Of a stretch of DNA of 64,000 nt, positions 55,179-64,000 are shown in pieces. Made by a program: the position numbers and the translations under genes. Each line of letters opens with the position of its first letter. Position 1 is the first letter of the stretch. The notes beneath the pieces are model-generated. The model saw only the letters and a list, made by a program, of their open reading frames with translations, was not told where the DNA came from and did no database searches. This DNA comes from a virus, in the IMG/VR virus record IMGVR_UViG_3300044908_000045, positions 58,239 through 122,238 of that record; one strand, 5' to 3'.

Positions 55179-55433
55179 ACCCCCGGATCATTTGCGAAGC
55201 TGACAAGGCGGCGCGCACTATCACGTTTTACGTGCGTGAGGGATTTGGTGACGGCAGGGATTTCCGAGGATTGTGCCTTGCCGATCCTGAGCAAGAACGT
55301 GCCGTGGCAATGAGAACGTTTGGTGAGGCCATCGATGTCATCACGGGCAAGAAGCGGTCAGCGGTCGCTGTCGAAAAGTGGTGCACGATGACCTATCTCG
55401 ATGATGGATCTCCGACTGACGGGAGTTTGGCAC

Positions 55434-55976
55434 GTGAATGACGCAGGCTACCAATCTGAGGCGCGGGCTACCGATCGTGCTCCACGCCTCTCGCCGCGCG
55501 ACGGCAATCCGCGTCTTGCCAGCACCCCGACCGATGGTCCGCGCTTGCAGCGCCGCCGGCATCAGGTCAACATCATGGAGTCGCCCAAGCCTCCGCCCGG
55601 CTTCACCTATGAGTGGAAGGCCGAGAAAATTTACGGCGAGCCGCAGAACGAGCATATCATCGACATCCGCGAGAACCATTGGAAGCAGGTGCCGGCCTCG
55701 CGCCACCCGGAATACGCCATGGGCAGCGACACCGTAATTCGCCGCAAGGATACTGTACTTTATGAGCGCCCGACCTATCTGGTCGATGAGGCCCGCATGG
55801 AGCAGATCGAGGATGCGATGAAGCCGGTGCTGCACCAGGAGCAGATCATGTATGGGGGTGCCCCGGATCAATTGACCCGCGATCACCCTTCGGTGCGGCG
55901 CATCTCAAAAATCAATCAGCAATACGCGCCGGGAGCCCCCATATCAGATGACGGCCCCCTATCATCGGAGCCATAA
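55434..55976 (+). CDS. Conserved head-module protein
   Basis: PPGFTYEWK...W..VPASRHPE...LYERP motif seen before podoviral capsid genes. Confidence 0.6.
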   Translation: MNDAGYQSEARATDRAPRLSPRDGNPRLASTPTDGPRLQRRRHQVNIMESPKPPPGFTYEWKAEKIYGEPQNEHIIDIRENHWKQVPASRHPEYAMGSDTVIRRKDTVLYERPTYLVDEARMEQIEDAMKPVLHQEQIMYGGAPDQLTRDHPSVRRISKINQQYAPGAPISDDGPLSSEP

Positions 55977-56249
55977 AATGCGCGAATACAAGATGGTTGA
56001 GATGGGGACCTCCGAGTATCTGTCCCTGTTAGACACCAGACTGCTTCCCGATCCAGGCAATAATTGGTGGAAGGCCAACCCAGACGGTTGGCATCAGCGG
56101 GCAGTGGTAGACAATCAGGTGTTTTTCTGTCGCGAGAGAATGGAACACGGTCAAGACGGTTGAGTGACCTAGCCCAACAGGGCTGAAAAACCCCGTCCGG
56201 CGGCAGGAGAAAACGTTACGTCGTCCCCGTTCTCCGTGGCCGCCAATCC

Positions 56250-56286
56250 CAGTGCGTCAAGTTTCTTAAACCCGCTTGACGCACTG
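56250..56286. repeat. 12-bp inverted repeat CAGTGCGTCAAG / CTTGACGCACTG
   Basis: Perfect arms with a 13-nt spacer; each arm carries TTGACG; upstream of the capsid operon. Confidence 0.7.
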
Positions 56287-56457
56287 CCAGTAGTTACTTT
56301 ATAGAGTCACAATTAACGGACTTGCGGGAAGTCCGAGAGACGGTCCCCCAGCGCGACGGGCGCTGCTGACGGGATTGAGAGCGCGATCGGCGGGTCGATC
56401 GCAAACCCCCGCAAACCCAGATCGGTCGAGGGTTGAGGGCCAAGTCGGGAAGTCCCG

Positions 56458-57078
56458 ATGGCCAATATCTTCGCGCCGAACGGGTTTCAGGACTCAGGGC
56501 TCCAGATCGGAGCTGCGTGGTCCGCGAACCAGACGCGCTATCAGATCCTCTATTCGAACACCCACACCATTTTCCAGGGTGACCCAGTCACCCTGCTGTC
56601 GTCGGGCTACATCGACACCCTAACTCCAGGGTCGGTCAGTTCGACGGTGATGCCCGTCGGCATCTTCAACGGCTGCTACTACATCTCGGCCTCCCAAGGC
56701 CGTCTGGTGTGGAGCGCTTGGTATCCAGGCGGCGACCAGTTGACCAACGGGGTTGTTTACGCTTCGATCGTAGACGACCCCAATGTCACATTTGTCGTCC
56801 AGACCGGGTGGAGCGGCGGATCGCCAGTTCCCGCTACCCAGGCAATGGTCGGGATGAATGCGACCTACGCCTACGGCACAGGCAACCAGCTAAACGGCCA
56901 GTCGGGCGCTTATCTCGATCTCAATACGACCCCAGCGACCACCGCCGCCTTTCCGTTTCGCATCCTGTCGCTGGTCACTGACCCGCCAGGCTCAAACGGG
57001 TCCGATACGACAACTGCCTACAACAAAGTTCTGGTGATGTGGAACAATGAGTTCTACCGCCAGCTGACGGGAGTGTAA
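56458..57078 (+). CDS. Capsid decoration/cement-type structural protein
   Basis: MANIFAPNGF, IFQGDPV, GIFNGC.Y, VDDPNV.F.VQ; directly upstream of the MCP. Confidence 0.7.
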   Translation: MANIFAPNGFQDSGLQIGAAWSANQTRYQILYSNTHTIFQGDPVTLLSSGYIDTLTPGSVSSTVMPVGIFNGCYYISASQGRLVWSAWYPGGDQLTNGVVYASIVDDPNVTFVVQTGWSGGSPVPATQAMVGMNATYAYGTGNQLNGQSGAYLDLNTTPATTAAFPFRILSLVTDPPGSNGSDTTTAYNKVLVMWNNEFYRQLTGV

Positions 57079-57081
57079 CCG

Positions 57082-57996
57082 ATGCCAGTCGCACTCTCAT
57101 CAATCCACGATATGCTGCTGCCGGGGCTGCGCGCGGTCACCGGCAAATACCAGCAAATCCCCCGCCAATACGACAAGATTTTCCAATACATCAAGTCGGA
57201 GCAGGCGGTCGAGCGCACGATTGAAAACCGTTACCTGCCCTTGGCGCGACTGAAGAATGAAGGCGCCACGACGGTTTTCGACAACCGCGCGGGCCAACGT
57301 TTCACGTGGAACCAATCGCATCTGGAAATCGCGCTCGGCTACGCGATCACCCGGCCGGCGATCGACGACAACCTCTACAAGACCCAGTTCAATCCGTCGA
57401 ACCTCGGTCTGCAAGAGAGCTTCAACCAGACCAAGGAAATCTACGCCGCCTCGGTCTTCAATCTCGGCTTCGTCTACCAGCAGGCTGTCGGCGGCGACGG
57501 TCAGCCGTTGTTCTCGACGGTTCACCCGATCGACGGCGGTTCCTACGCCAATGCCTTCACGACCGCAGCCGATCTGTCCGAGACGACACTGCTGTCGGCA
57601 ATGATCTCGATCCGCCGTCAGTTTGTCGATCAGGCGGCATTGAAGCTCTATGCGCGCGCCAAGATGCTGCTGATCCCACCGGAGTTGGAGCCAGTCGCGA
57701 TCCGGCTATTGGAGACCCAACTGCGGCCCGGCACTGGCGACAACGATGTCAACGCCATCCGCTCAACCACTGGCGGTCTAAAGGAAGGGTATTTCGTCAA
57801 CGACTACCTCACCTCAGCCTATTCGTGGTTCCTGCTGACCAACGTGCCGGGGTTGGCGTATATGGAACGTATCCCCTTTGAGATGAGCATGGAGGTAGAA
57901 TTTTCTACCGACAATTTATTGGTCAAGGGGTATGAGCGCTATTCATTGAGCTATTACAACCCTCGGTCGTGCTACGGCACTAATCCAACGAGTTGA
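57082..57996 (+). CDS. Major capsid protein (HK97 fold)
   Basis: LLPGL, ALGYAIT..AIDDNLY, GGDGQPLFS..HP, LLIPPEL, YLTS..WFL.T, ERYS. Confidence 0.88.
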   Translation: MPVALSSIHDMLLPGLRAVTGKYQQIPRQYDKIFQYIKSEQAVERTIENRYLPLARLKNEGATTVFDNRAGQRFTWNQSHLEIALGYAITRPAIDDNLYKTQFNPSNLGLQESFNQTKEIYAASVFNLGFVYQQAVGGDGQPLFSTVHPIDGGSYANAFTTAADLSETTLLSAMISIRRQFVDQAALKLYARAKMLLIPPELEPVAIRLLETQLRPGTGDNDVNAIRSTTGGLKEGYFVNDYLTSAYSWFLLTNVPGLAYMERIPFEMSMEVEFSTDNLLVKGYERYSLSYYNPRSCYGTNPTS

Positions 57997-58061
57997 GTTG
58001 TATGCGCTGTTGCCGATCACCTGAGTTACAATCCGTCTGTAAAACGACGGAGGAATGTGCT

Positions 58062-59048
58062 TTGGCGACGACACCGAGATTGGATGTGCTGCGCGAGCTT
58101 CTGGCATACGATTCGGAAACGGGCGAGTTTCGTAATCGCGTGAAACGTAGTGGGGTCCGGTTTGGCGGCTTGGCCGGAACAATCAATTCATCTGACGGGC
58201 TGCGATATATTCGGATTGATGGTCGACGGCATGCCGCGCAGCGACTTGCGTGGCTCTACATACATGGCGTAATGCCGAAGGAAGAGGTTGGATTTAAAGA
58301 CCCAACGCTGCCGAGCTCAGCCCGCGAGCGCCTCGCTAACTTAGCCGTCGTGGTTCCTGGCGCGCTTACGGCAGATGATGTCCGGAAAATTCTCCATTAC
58401 GACGCCAAAACGGGAATCTTCACATATCGGGCTTCTCGAAAATCGGTTACGGCAGGCAAACGGGCTGGCAGTGTTGAGCCGAACGGATATCGGTTTATTG
58501 GGTTCAGAGGCGAGCGGCATCCTGCGCAGCGTTTGGCGTGGCTTTATGTCTACGGCGAATGGCCAGATGGTGCTGTGCGGTTCCGCAATAACGATCGCGA
58601 TGATTGCCGGATCGAAAATCTGTACCAGCCTGATGGCTATAGCCAAGTGCCTGAGTTGCGCTATGCACATGCGCGCGAAGACCGAAAGAACAATCCGGCC
58701 AAATATCGTCGTTACGACATCCGCAAAAAGTGGGGTCACGAAGGCGAGGTCGTCTTTGCTCGCCTATTTGCTGAGCAGAACGGTGTCTGTGCCAGTTGCG
58801 GCGAGCCCGAGACTGCGATGCGCAATGGCAAGGTCAAGGCGCTCGCCATGGATCACGATCACGCTCTCGAAGAGGCGACTGGCGAACTACACGTTCGAGG
58901 GTTGCTCTGCGGTCGATGCAATCCGCTCATCGGCTTTGCAAAAGACGATACTGCCCGAATGCACAAGGCGATAGCGTACATGGAGCGCGTAGGCATCGTT
59001 CGTTCGGAGAACGTGATCACGCTGCCCAAGAAAAAGGACAGCGCCTGA
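58062..59048 (+). CDS. Homing-type endonuclease: two degenerate HNH-like repeats plus C-terminal endonuclease VII domain
   Basis: Two L.YD..TG.F...AG...AQRLAWLY..G..P repeats; QNGVCASCG...MDHDH...VRGLLCGRCN. Confidence 0.8.
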   Translation: MATTPRLDVLRELLAYDSETGEFRNRVKRSGVRFGGLAGTINSSDGLRYIRIDGRRHAAQRLAWLYIHGVMPKEEVGFKDPTLPSSARERLANLAVVVPGALTADDVRKILHYDAKTGIFTYRASRKSVTAGKRAGSVEPNGYRFIGFRGERHPAQRLAWLYVYGEWPDGAVRFRNNDRDDCRIENLYQPDGYSQVPELRYAHAREDRKNNPAKYRRYDIRKKWGHEGEVVFARLFAEQNGVCASCGEPETAMRNGKVKALAMDHDHALEEATGELHVRGLLCGRCNPLIGFAKDDTARMHKAIAYMERVGIVRSENVITLPKKKDSA

Positions 59049-59963
59049 ATGGCTCGCACTGATTTCACTGGCCCGGTAATAGCGTTTGGCAAGGGTCGCA
59101 GCCCTGGCGGTATTGGATTTTCTCAGGACAACAACCCTGACGATCCCTCTCCGTCGCTGGGCAACAGGGGCTGGGGCTGGCTAGACCCGCGTCCGCCGTT
59201 CACCTATCAGCCGGGGATGAGCGCGACGGAGCCGTTCTACGGGTTTGCGGCCGGCGAACTCACTCTGATCGACCAAGCGCCTTCAGCGTTGGCGGCCAAC
59301 AACATCGCGGCATCGCAGGCAGTAACTGCCGGCACTGCGGCGACATTGGTTGCGACTAGCGGTGCCGGAATTACGGTTGGCGCTTCGGTAGTCAACGCGC
59401 TGACTGGACAATTGGTCACTGGTTTGCTAGCGATCGACGGCACGCATGGTGGGGTGGCATTTGGTGCCAATGCTGCTGCCAATGCGTGGAATCCGGCAAC
59501 GGCGATAAGTCGCTGTCTAGTCGTCGCTGGCCTTACCGGCACGATGCTGATTTCGGGTTACGACCTCTACGGTTACCCGATGACGCAATTGGTGACGGGC
59601 GCTGCAACAACATTGAAGGCGTTCAAGTACGTGGCGTCGGCGGTGCCGCAGGCCGGGTCCAGCGGCAGCGCGCTGACGATCGGCACGACCGACGTATATG
59701 GCATTCCGCTGGCGGTGTCGGCTTTCGGATACCTCACGGTTTATTGGAACAACGCGCTGATCGCGGTTGCTGGGACGGGTGTCGCATTTGTCCCGGCGGT
59801 AACGACCTCGCCGAGCACCAATCTGCTTGGTGACGTTCGCGGCACGCTGAATATCGGCACCGGCACGCCGTCGAACGGCACTGTCGCAATGCAATTGTTC
59901 TGGCGTCCCAATGTGAATAATATGCTGACTCAAGCTGGCATCTTCGGAGTCCAGCAGGTCTAG
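59049..59963 (+). CDS. Virion structural protein
   Basis: MARTDFTGPV start; Ala/Gly/Thr-rich; SGYDLYGYPM, KAFKYV, IGTTDVYGIP, GDVRGT. Confidence 0.65.
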   Translation: MARTDFTGPVIAFGKGRSPGGIGFSQDNNPDDPSPSLGNRGWGWLDPRPPFTYQPGMSATEPFYGFAAGELTLIDQAPSALAANNIAASQAVTAGTAATLVATSGAGITVGASVVNALTGQLVTGLLAIDGTHGGVAFGANAAANAWNPATAISRCLVVAGLTGTMLISGYDLYGYPMTQLVTGAATTLKAFKYVASAVPQAGSSGSALTIGTTDVYGIPLAVSAFGYLTVYWNNALIAVAGTGVAFVPAVTTSPSTNLLGDVRGTLNIGTGTPSNGTVAMQLFWRPNVNNMLTQAGIFGVQQV

Positions 59964-60065
59964 CCAATACCGCCGCCAATGCGGCAGTAGCCTCGCCCCT
60001 TTACCGGGACGGGTCCCAGCTGGGAAACCGGCGGCGCGGATCGCCGAGATTGAAGGAGACTAGCG

Positions 60066-60464
60066 ATGGCCGGAAGAGGACATCACAGACGTAAGGGCGG
60101 CGAAGTTGACATGCCAGAGGAGCATGGCGGCAAGCCAATGAGCTACACGGCGGACAACAACGTCGAGAAAGAGGCTGAGGGCGAAGAGCGCAGCAAGGGC
60201 GGTCGTGCCAAGCGCGCTCGCGGCGGCGCTGCCAAGCATCACGTCGAGCACCATCAGGCCGAGCATGTCGAGCACCACCATTACAAGCGGGGTGGCGGCA
60301 TGAAAGAGGCGGAGATGGAAGGCGGCAAGACCAAGCATCGCCGGATGGACCGCCCTGGCCGCAAGCGCGGTGGCGGTATTGGTGCTGATGCGACGCCACT
60401 GTCGACGGCGGCCCGCACCAAGCAAGAAGGCCACATGGCCGATAACGACGAACTCGCGTCTTAG
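60066..60464 (+). CDS. Basic His/Gly-rich protein with repeated (K/R)xGG motifs
   Basis: AAGGAG RBS; RKGG, SKGG, RARGG, YKRGG, RKRGG; ends TPLSTAA... Confidence 0.65.
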   Translation: MAGRGHHRRKGGEVDMPEEHGGKPMSYTADNNVEKEAEGEERSKGGRAKRARGGAAKHHVEHHQAEHVEHHHYKRGGGMKEAEMEGGKTKHRRMDRPGRKRGGGIGADATPLSTAARTKQEGHMADNDELAS

Positions 60465-60481
60465 TTGCGGCGGGAATTCTG

Positions 60482-60928
60482 ATGGCCAAGAAGGGCCGTG
60501 AGGCGGATTGCGACGATGTGACTCTGCCGTCAATCCCAGATGCCCCTGGGGTCGGCAAGATGCCGCATTACAAGCGCGGTGGTGCTGCCAATGGCGTTGG
60601 CCCATTGCCGCACTACAGCCGTGGGGGGAAAACCAAGCATGTTGAAGAAGACGGCGGCTCTAAGGGCCGTCGCCGCCTCGATCGCGGGGGATGGAAGAAA
60701 GGCGGTCGCCTGACTTACGGCGAGCGCGAGAAAATGCCCAGCAGTGAATTTGCATTGCCCGGCAAGGGATCTGGCCCCAAGGGTAAGGGCGGAGGCTCCT
60801 ACCCGATTCCAGACCAAAGTCATGGACGCAATGCGTTGGCCAGAGTCGCGCAACACGGCTCTCCGGCTGAAAAAGCTGAGGTTCGCCGCAAGGTGCACGC
60901 CAAATTCCCAGACATTGGCAAAGAGTGA
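60482..60928 (+). CDS. xxGG-repeat protein with DUF6582-like C-terminal domain
   Basis: YKRGG, YSRGG, WKKGG; ER..MPSSEFALP...YPIPD.SH.RNALARV.Q. Confidence 0.65.
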   Translation: MAKKGREADCDDVTLPSIPDAPGVGKMPHYKRGGAANGVGPLPHYSRGGKTKHVEEDGGSKGRRRLDRGGWKKGGRLTYGEREKMPSSEFALPGKGSGPKGKGGGSYPIPDQSHGRNALARVAQHGSPAEKAEVRRKVHAKFPDIGKE

Positions 60929-60992
60929 TCTGCGGGCTGTCTCGCAATCGTCACTGGCGCGTTGGGCCAATAAATGATATTAGGACGCCGCA

Positions 60993-61421
60993 ATGAGTGA
61001 TCCGCCCGACGCACTGAGCCAGCCGATCAATATCTTCAATTTCGGCAGCTACCTCGGTCAGGTGCTGGCGATCGTGCAGGACATCGCGCAGTCGGTTGCC
61101 GCAATAATTTTCACTCAGAACGAAGCAACCGTCACCGAAAATCTGCTGGCCACCAATCAGGCAGCATTGCAGAACCAGGTCACGCTGTTGACGCAACAGG
61201 TCGCCGCACTGGCAGCCACTGTTGGGAACACCGTCAATCTGCTGCTGGTGACGATTGATGGGCTGGGCAACGTTGCCACTGCCCCATTGCAGCAGGAGGA
61301 GATCACCCTGCTTGAAGAGATCGCGCAGAACGTCGCTCCAACCCGGCCGGTCGAACTGGGGTTGGATTTCACCAATGTCGCTTCGACCAAACAATCCGCG
61401 CCAACCGACGCGGGTCCGTGA
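60993..61421 (+). CDS. Coiled-coil hypothetical protein
   Basis: AGGA RBS; heptad Gln/Leu/Ala segment. Confidence 0.55.
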   Translation: MSDPPDALSQPINIFNFGSYLGQVLAIVQDIAQSVAAIIFTQNEATVTENLLATNQAALQNQVTLLTQQVAALAATVGNTVNLLLVTIDGLGNVATAPLQQEEITLLEEIAQNVAPTRPVELGLDFTNVASTKQSAPTDAGP

Positions 61422-61439
61422 AGCCAATAGGAGCTTTTG

Positions 61440-61859
61440 ATGGCAACTCTCACTACCCTACCCAATGGCCACTTGGCGCTGCCGAGCGACGAGGTCACCG
61501 CAATCGCGCTGGTTGCCCTCGACGCATCCCAGACTCAAGTGCCGATGCCGGCCAGCAACGTCTCGACGGTTGTAACCACAGGTACCTTTGCCGCCAGTCT
61601 CGGCGCCGCAATTGGTGTCATGCCGGGCACGACCAACGCTGCTGTAATCCTGACCCCGCTCGTACTCGAAAGCGATGCAGGCAATTCGGGCGGCGGCATC
61701 GGGCTCACGATCACCGACACGGCCGGCTTGCCGATCACAACGGGAACGACCGCTGCGTTGTTCGACATCGTTGTTGATGCGACACCGGCAGCCGAGGGTC
61801 TTGACCTTACGAATGTCGTTTCGACCCCGCAGACGGCACCAGTCGCGCCTGGCCCGTAA
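61440..61859 (+). CDS. Ala/Thr/Val-rich putative structural protein
   Basis: AGGAG RBS; C-terminus similar to the upstream gene. Confidence 0.55.
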   Translation: MATLTTLPNGHLALPSDEVTAIALVALDASQTQVPMPASNVSTVVTTGTFAASLGAAIGVMPGTTNAAVILTPLVLESDAGNSGGGIGLTITDTAGLPITTGTTAALFDIVVDATPAAEGLDLTNVVSTPQTAPVAPGP

Positions 61860-61866
61860 TCGGAGC

Positions 61867-61893
61867 GATAGGGCGGCATTGAGCCGCCCTATC
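61867..61893. terminator. GC-rich hairpin, possible terminator
   Basis: GATAGGGCGGC-ATTGA-GCCGCCCTATC 11-bp stem right after a stop codon; no clear U-tract. Confidence 0.5.
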
Positions 61894-62051
61894 ACCATTC
61901 CAGGCCGATGCCCGCCCCTCCTTCCCTCGCCATTCCGCGCCTGCGCTGCCATGCGCAGCCGTACCCTGCGATGCCCTGCGTGGCGACGCCACCGACCACT
62001 CTAACTGTACCCGTTGAGAGCGTCAACAAATCGCGGGATTAGGAGAGCCTG

Positions 62052-62258
62052 ATGATCGGCTTGTTGATCCAAATTCTTATACTATGTCTTGTTTTAGGAT
62101 TAATTTTGTATATTTTTGGGGCGGTGCCAATCTTGGCACCGTTCCGCTGGCTCGCGCAGATCATCTGCGTCGTCATCGTGGTGATTTTCCTGATCGAGAT
62201 CCTGCTCGGCATCTCGGGAGGCGGGGTGAGCTTCCCCGCTTTCCATTCGATCAGATGA
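62052..62258 (+). CDS. Small two-TM membrane protein
   Basis: AGGAG RBS; two hydrophobic helices joined by P..APF. Confidence 0.65.
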   Translation: MIGLLIQILILCLVLGLILYIFGAVPILAPFRWLAQIICVVIVVIFLIEILLGISGGGVSFPAFHSIR

Positions 62259-63369
62259 CCGTTTCAGTTTGATCGCGGCGCGGGCCAAACCCGCGATAGC
62301 CGATCGCTAACCCAACATCGGGCATGGCGATCGTAACCTGATCGCAGCAGGTCAGGGCGAGATGTACAGACGATACTGAGCGACCACCAATCGCTAGGTC
62401 GTGGCTCACCCTTTCTTTGAGGCCACGCGGATCGAGATGACCAAAGCGCAAGGTGCCTTGGTAGGGATGACTTTGGTTGGTTGCGTCTATCGGGACCGGG
62501 TTCGGAACAAATTCGTTTTTGATCGCTCCAGCGCCGTGGCGCGTCAAATAGGTGCGCGAGACGTAAACAACGTCGAGTTCGAGGGCAAGTGCGCGGGCGA
62601 TCGGCACGACATTTTTGAGCCCCGTGTTCGATCGGGTCACATGCGGGAACTCGCCGTATTCCTGGTCTAGCAGCAACCCCTGTGCGCCCTCGAAGATGAT
62701 CTGCGAACTCTGGATGTATTCCAGCCCCGCTGAGGGTACGGCATGATCAAACTTCCGTGCGGCGGCGATGAACGCGTCAACCCAGTTGTTGCCGAGATGC
62801 GTGTCGTCTCCAACCAGTGGCGGGACGCCAAGTTGGTGCAGTCGCGCGGGCATCCAGTTGTCGCGGATGTTGATCAGTTTCTGCTTCAATAATTTATCAG
62901 AGGCTGACAGGTCGTCTTTTAACAGGCGAAACGCCGGATAGTTGTTGCGCTCAATGGTCTCGCCAAATCCGACCCCGCAACTGCCGTGTCGTGCGGCACC
63001 TCGGTGGTCTTCGACCATCTGGTTGATCAGCATATCGTAAGGCGTCGTCATGTAGCAGCGCGGGTCAGCCGCGACTGGGGGCGCTAGCCGAACCTCCAGA
63101 AACTCGGCGTATTCATGCCAAAACAAGATCGGATTGAGCACAAAGTGCTTGGCGAGGTAGGTCTTGGCCCCAGCGAGGGTGCCGGAGCCAAGATGGTGGA
63201 ACACACGTCGCCGATCATCGGGCGTGACGACGGTGTGCCCAGCTTGGGCTCCGCCATTAAAGCGCACGACAGCGCAATCGGCCGAGACGCCAGATGCGAG
63301 GTAATCAACCATCCGCCCTTTGGCCTCGTCGCCGTAGTTGGCCCCGATAACGGCTGTCGCGCGCCTCAT
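62251..63369 (-). CDS. Adenylosuccinate synthetase-like protein (divergent, short PurA family)
   Basis: GANYGDEAKG, RFNGGAQAGHTV, HGSCGVG, FEGAQGLLLD, PHVTRSNTG, YLTRHGAG, QGTLRFG. Confidence 0.85.
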   Translation of the reverse strand: MRRATAVIGANYGDEAKGRMVDYLASGVSADCAVVRFNGGAQAGHTVVTPDDRRRVFHHLGSGTLAGAKTYLAKHFVLNPILFWHEYAEFLEVRLAPPVAADPRCYMTTPYDMLINQMVEDHRGAARHGSCGVGFGETIERNNYPAFRLLKDDLSASDKLLKQKLINIRDNWMPARLHQLGVPPLVGDDTHLGNNWVDAFIAAARKFDHAVPSAGLEYIQSSQIIFEGAQGLLLDQEYGEFPHVTRSNTGLKNVVPIARALALELDVVYVSRTYLTRHGAGAIKNEFVPNPVPIDATNQSHPYQGTLRFGHLDPRGLKERVSHDLAIGGRSVSSVHLALTCCDQVTIAMPDVGLAIGYRGFGPRRDQTETVI

Positions 63370-63384
63370 GGGTCGAGCCTCCAG

Positions 63385-64000
63385 TTAGTAGTTGAGCCTG
63401 ACGGCTCCCTCGCGGTGTTCGCCGGCAACGATATCGCGGATCGCATTGGCGACCACGACTGACGTGGCACCAGACCACGACCCGGCGACGGCATCTTTGT
63501 CGCGACCCTCGGCAACCTCTATTGCGGAGACGATCACTTCAGCGAGTTTTCTGTGATCACCGAGAGGCAGAACATGCTGGCCCAAGGTCTTGACCCATTC
63601 GCGCCGAACCTGATCGGGATGCGCTCGCGCGTGGCTACCTTCCTCGACGATGACGTGGAAAATGTCATATGTCGCGGAGGCCAATTTTAGGATTTCGGGT
63701 CCGGTCAGATCCTTGACCTCGTCGAGACCAAGGAATTTCTGGATGTGATGGGCGTACAGAATCGGGGTCGGCTGTTCGTCGCCGACGGTGAAAAGATACC
63801 CGCGCTTGCCGCGTTTCTCGAAGCAATCGATCGAGGTCTTGGTTGCCGCGAACAGCCATGCGGCGGCGTAGGATTCGTAGTGGTTGCCACCACCGCCGCG
63901 CTCCAGGTGGATTTTCTCCATCTGCTCGACGAGCGGTTTGTTCTCGGCTTCGAACTGGGTCGCTTGCACCGGCGACCGATCACATTCGAAATCGCCGATT
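63385..64000 (-). CDS. vWA-like protein, 5' part beyond the window
   Basis: Frame open to the window edge (IGDFECDRSPVQATQFE); GGGGNHYESY, KRGYLFTVGDE motifs. Confidence 0.7.
   Translation of the reverse strand, partial: IGDFECDRSPVQATQFEAENKPLVEQMEKIHLERGGGGNHYESYAAAWLFAATKTSIDCFEKRGKRGYLFTVGDEQPTPILYAHHIQKFLGLDEVKDLTGPEILKLASATYDIFHVIVEEGSHARAHPDQVRREWVKTLGQHVLPLGDHRKLAEVIVSAIEVAEGRDKDAVAGSWSGATSVVVANAIRDIVAGEHREGAVRLNY

Noticed and set aside
62052-62258. Holin/lysis cassette
   Set aside because: Two TM helices fit a holin, but no endolysin or spanin is adjacent, so the call is unsupported
62251-63369. PurZ / Z-genome (2-aminoadenine) system
   Set aside because: The catalytic Asp of PurA is retained (GDEAKG, not GSTGKG), and no dATPase, MazZ or DNA polymerase partner is visible in the window
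1-64000. CRISPR array, DGR/retron reverse transcriptase, rRNA, IS transposase
   Set aside because: No regularly spaced repeats, no YxDD RT motif in a plausible ORF, and no rRNA-like or transposase sequence recognised by eye

Overview
The whole window reads as part of one temperate, podovirus-like phage or prophage, probably of an alphaproteobacterial host (GC-rich, GapR-like gene, sigma70-type promoters). No host core genes or integrase are recognisable. From left to right: a GT4-like glycosyltransferase and an S53 peptidase; a leftward early operon (small genes, RecT, RecE-like exonuclease, AAA ATPase); a cI/cro switch; a rightward operon (two ParB-like proteins, GapR-like, RusA, a DNA methyltransferase with an in-frame LAGLIDADG insert, a DUF1376 initiator and a helicase loader/inhibitor). 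A long accessory region follows (Tat-exported protein, two PEP-CTERM proteins, Tad2/DUF2829, M28-type peptidase, a DUF6197-like 'MPFD' paralog family, Dam-type methylase). TerS lies about 10 kb upstream of an intein-containing TerL. Then come the portal, an inserted PspA-like/DUF1190/glutathionylspermidine-synthase-like operon, a perfect chromosomal-type parS site, an Ntn hydrolase, GroES-like, scaffold, capsid and an HNH/EndoVII gene. A convergent vWA + adenylosuccinate-synthetase-like module is cut off by the window end. The most notable signals are the phage-borne Psp/YgiBC-like module, a dispersed 15-bp operator (GTTRR-N5-YYAAC) at nine or more sites, the splicing-less LAGLIDADG insert, the parS site, repeated basic-xx-GG motifs in putative head proteins, and shared 5'/3' gene-end sequences suggesting cassette shuffling. 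All family assignments come from motif recognition by eye, not database searches. Many start codons were moved to the RBS-supported codon.
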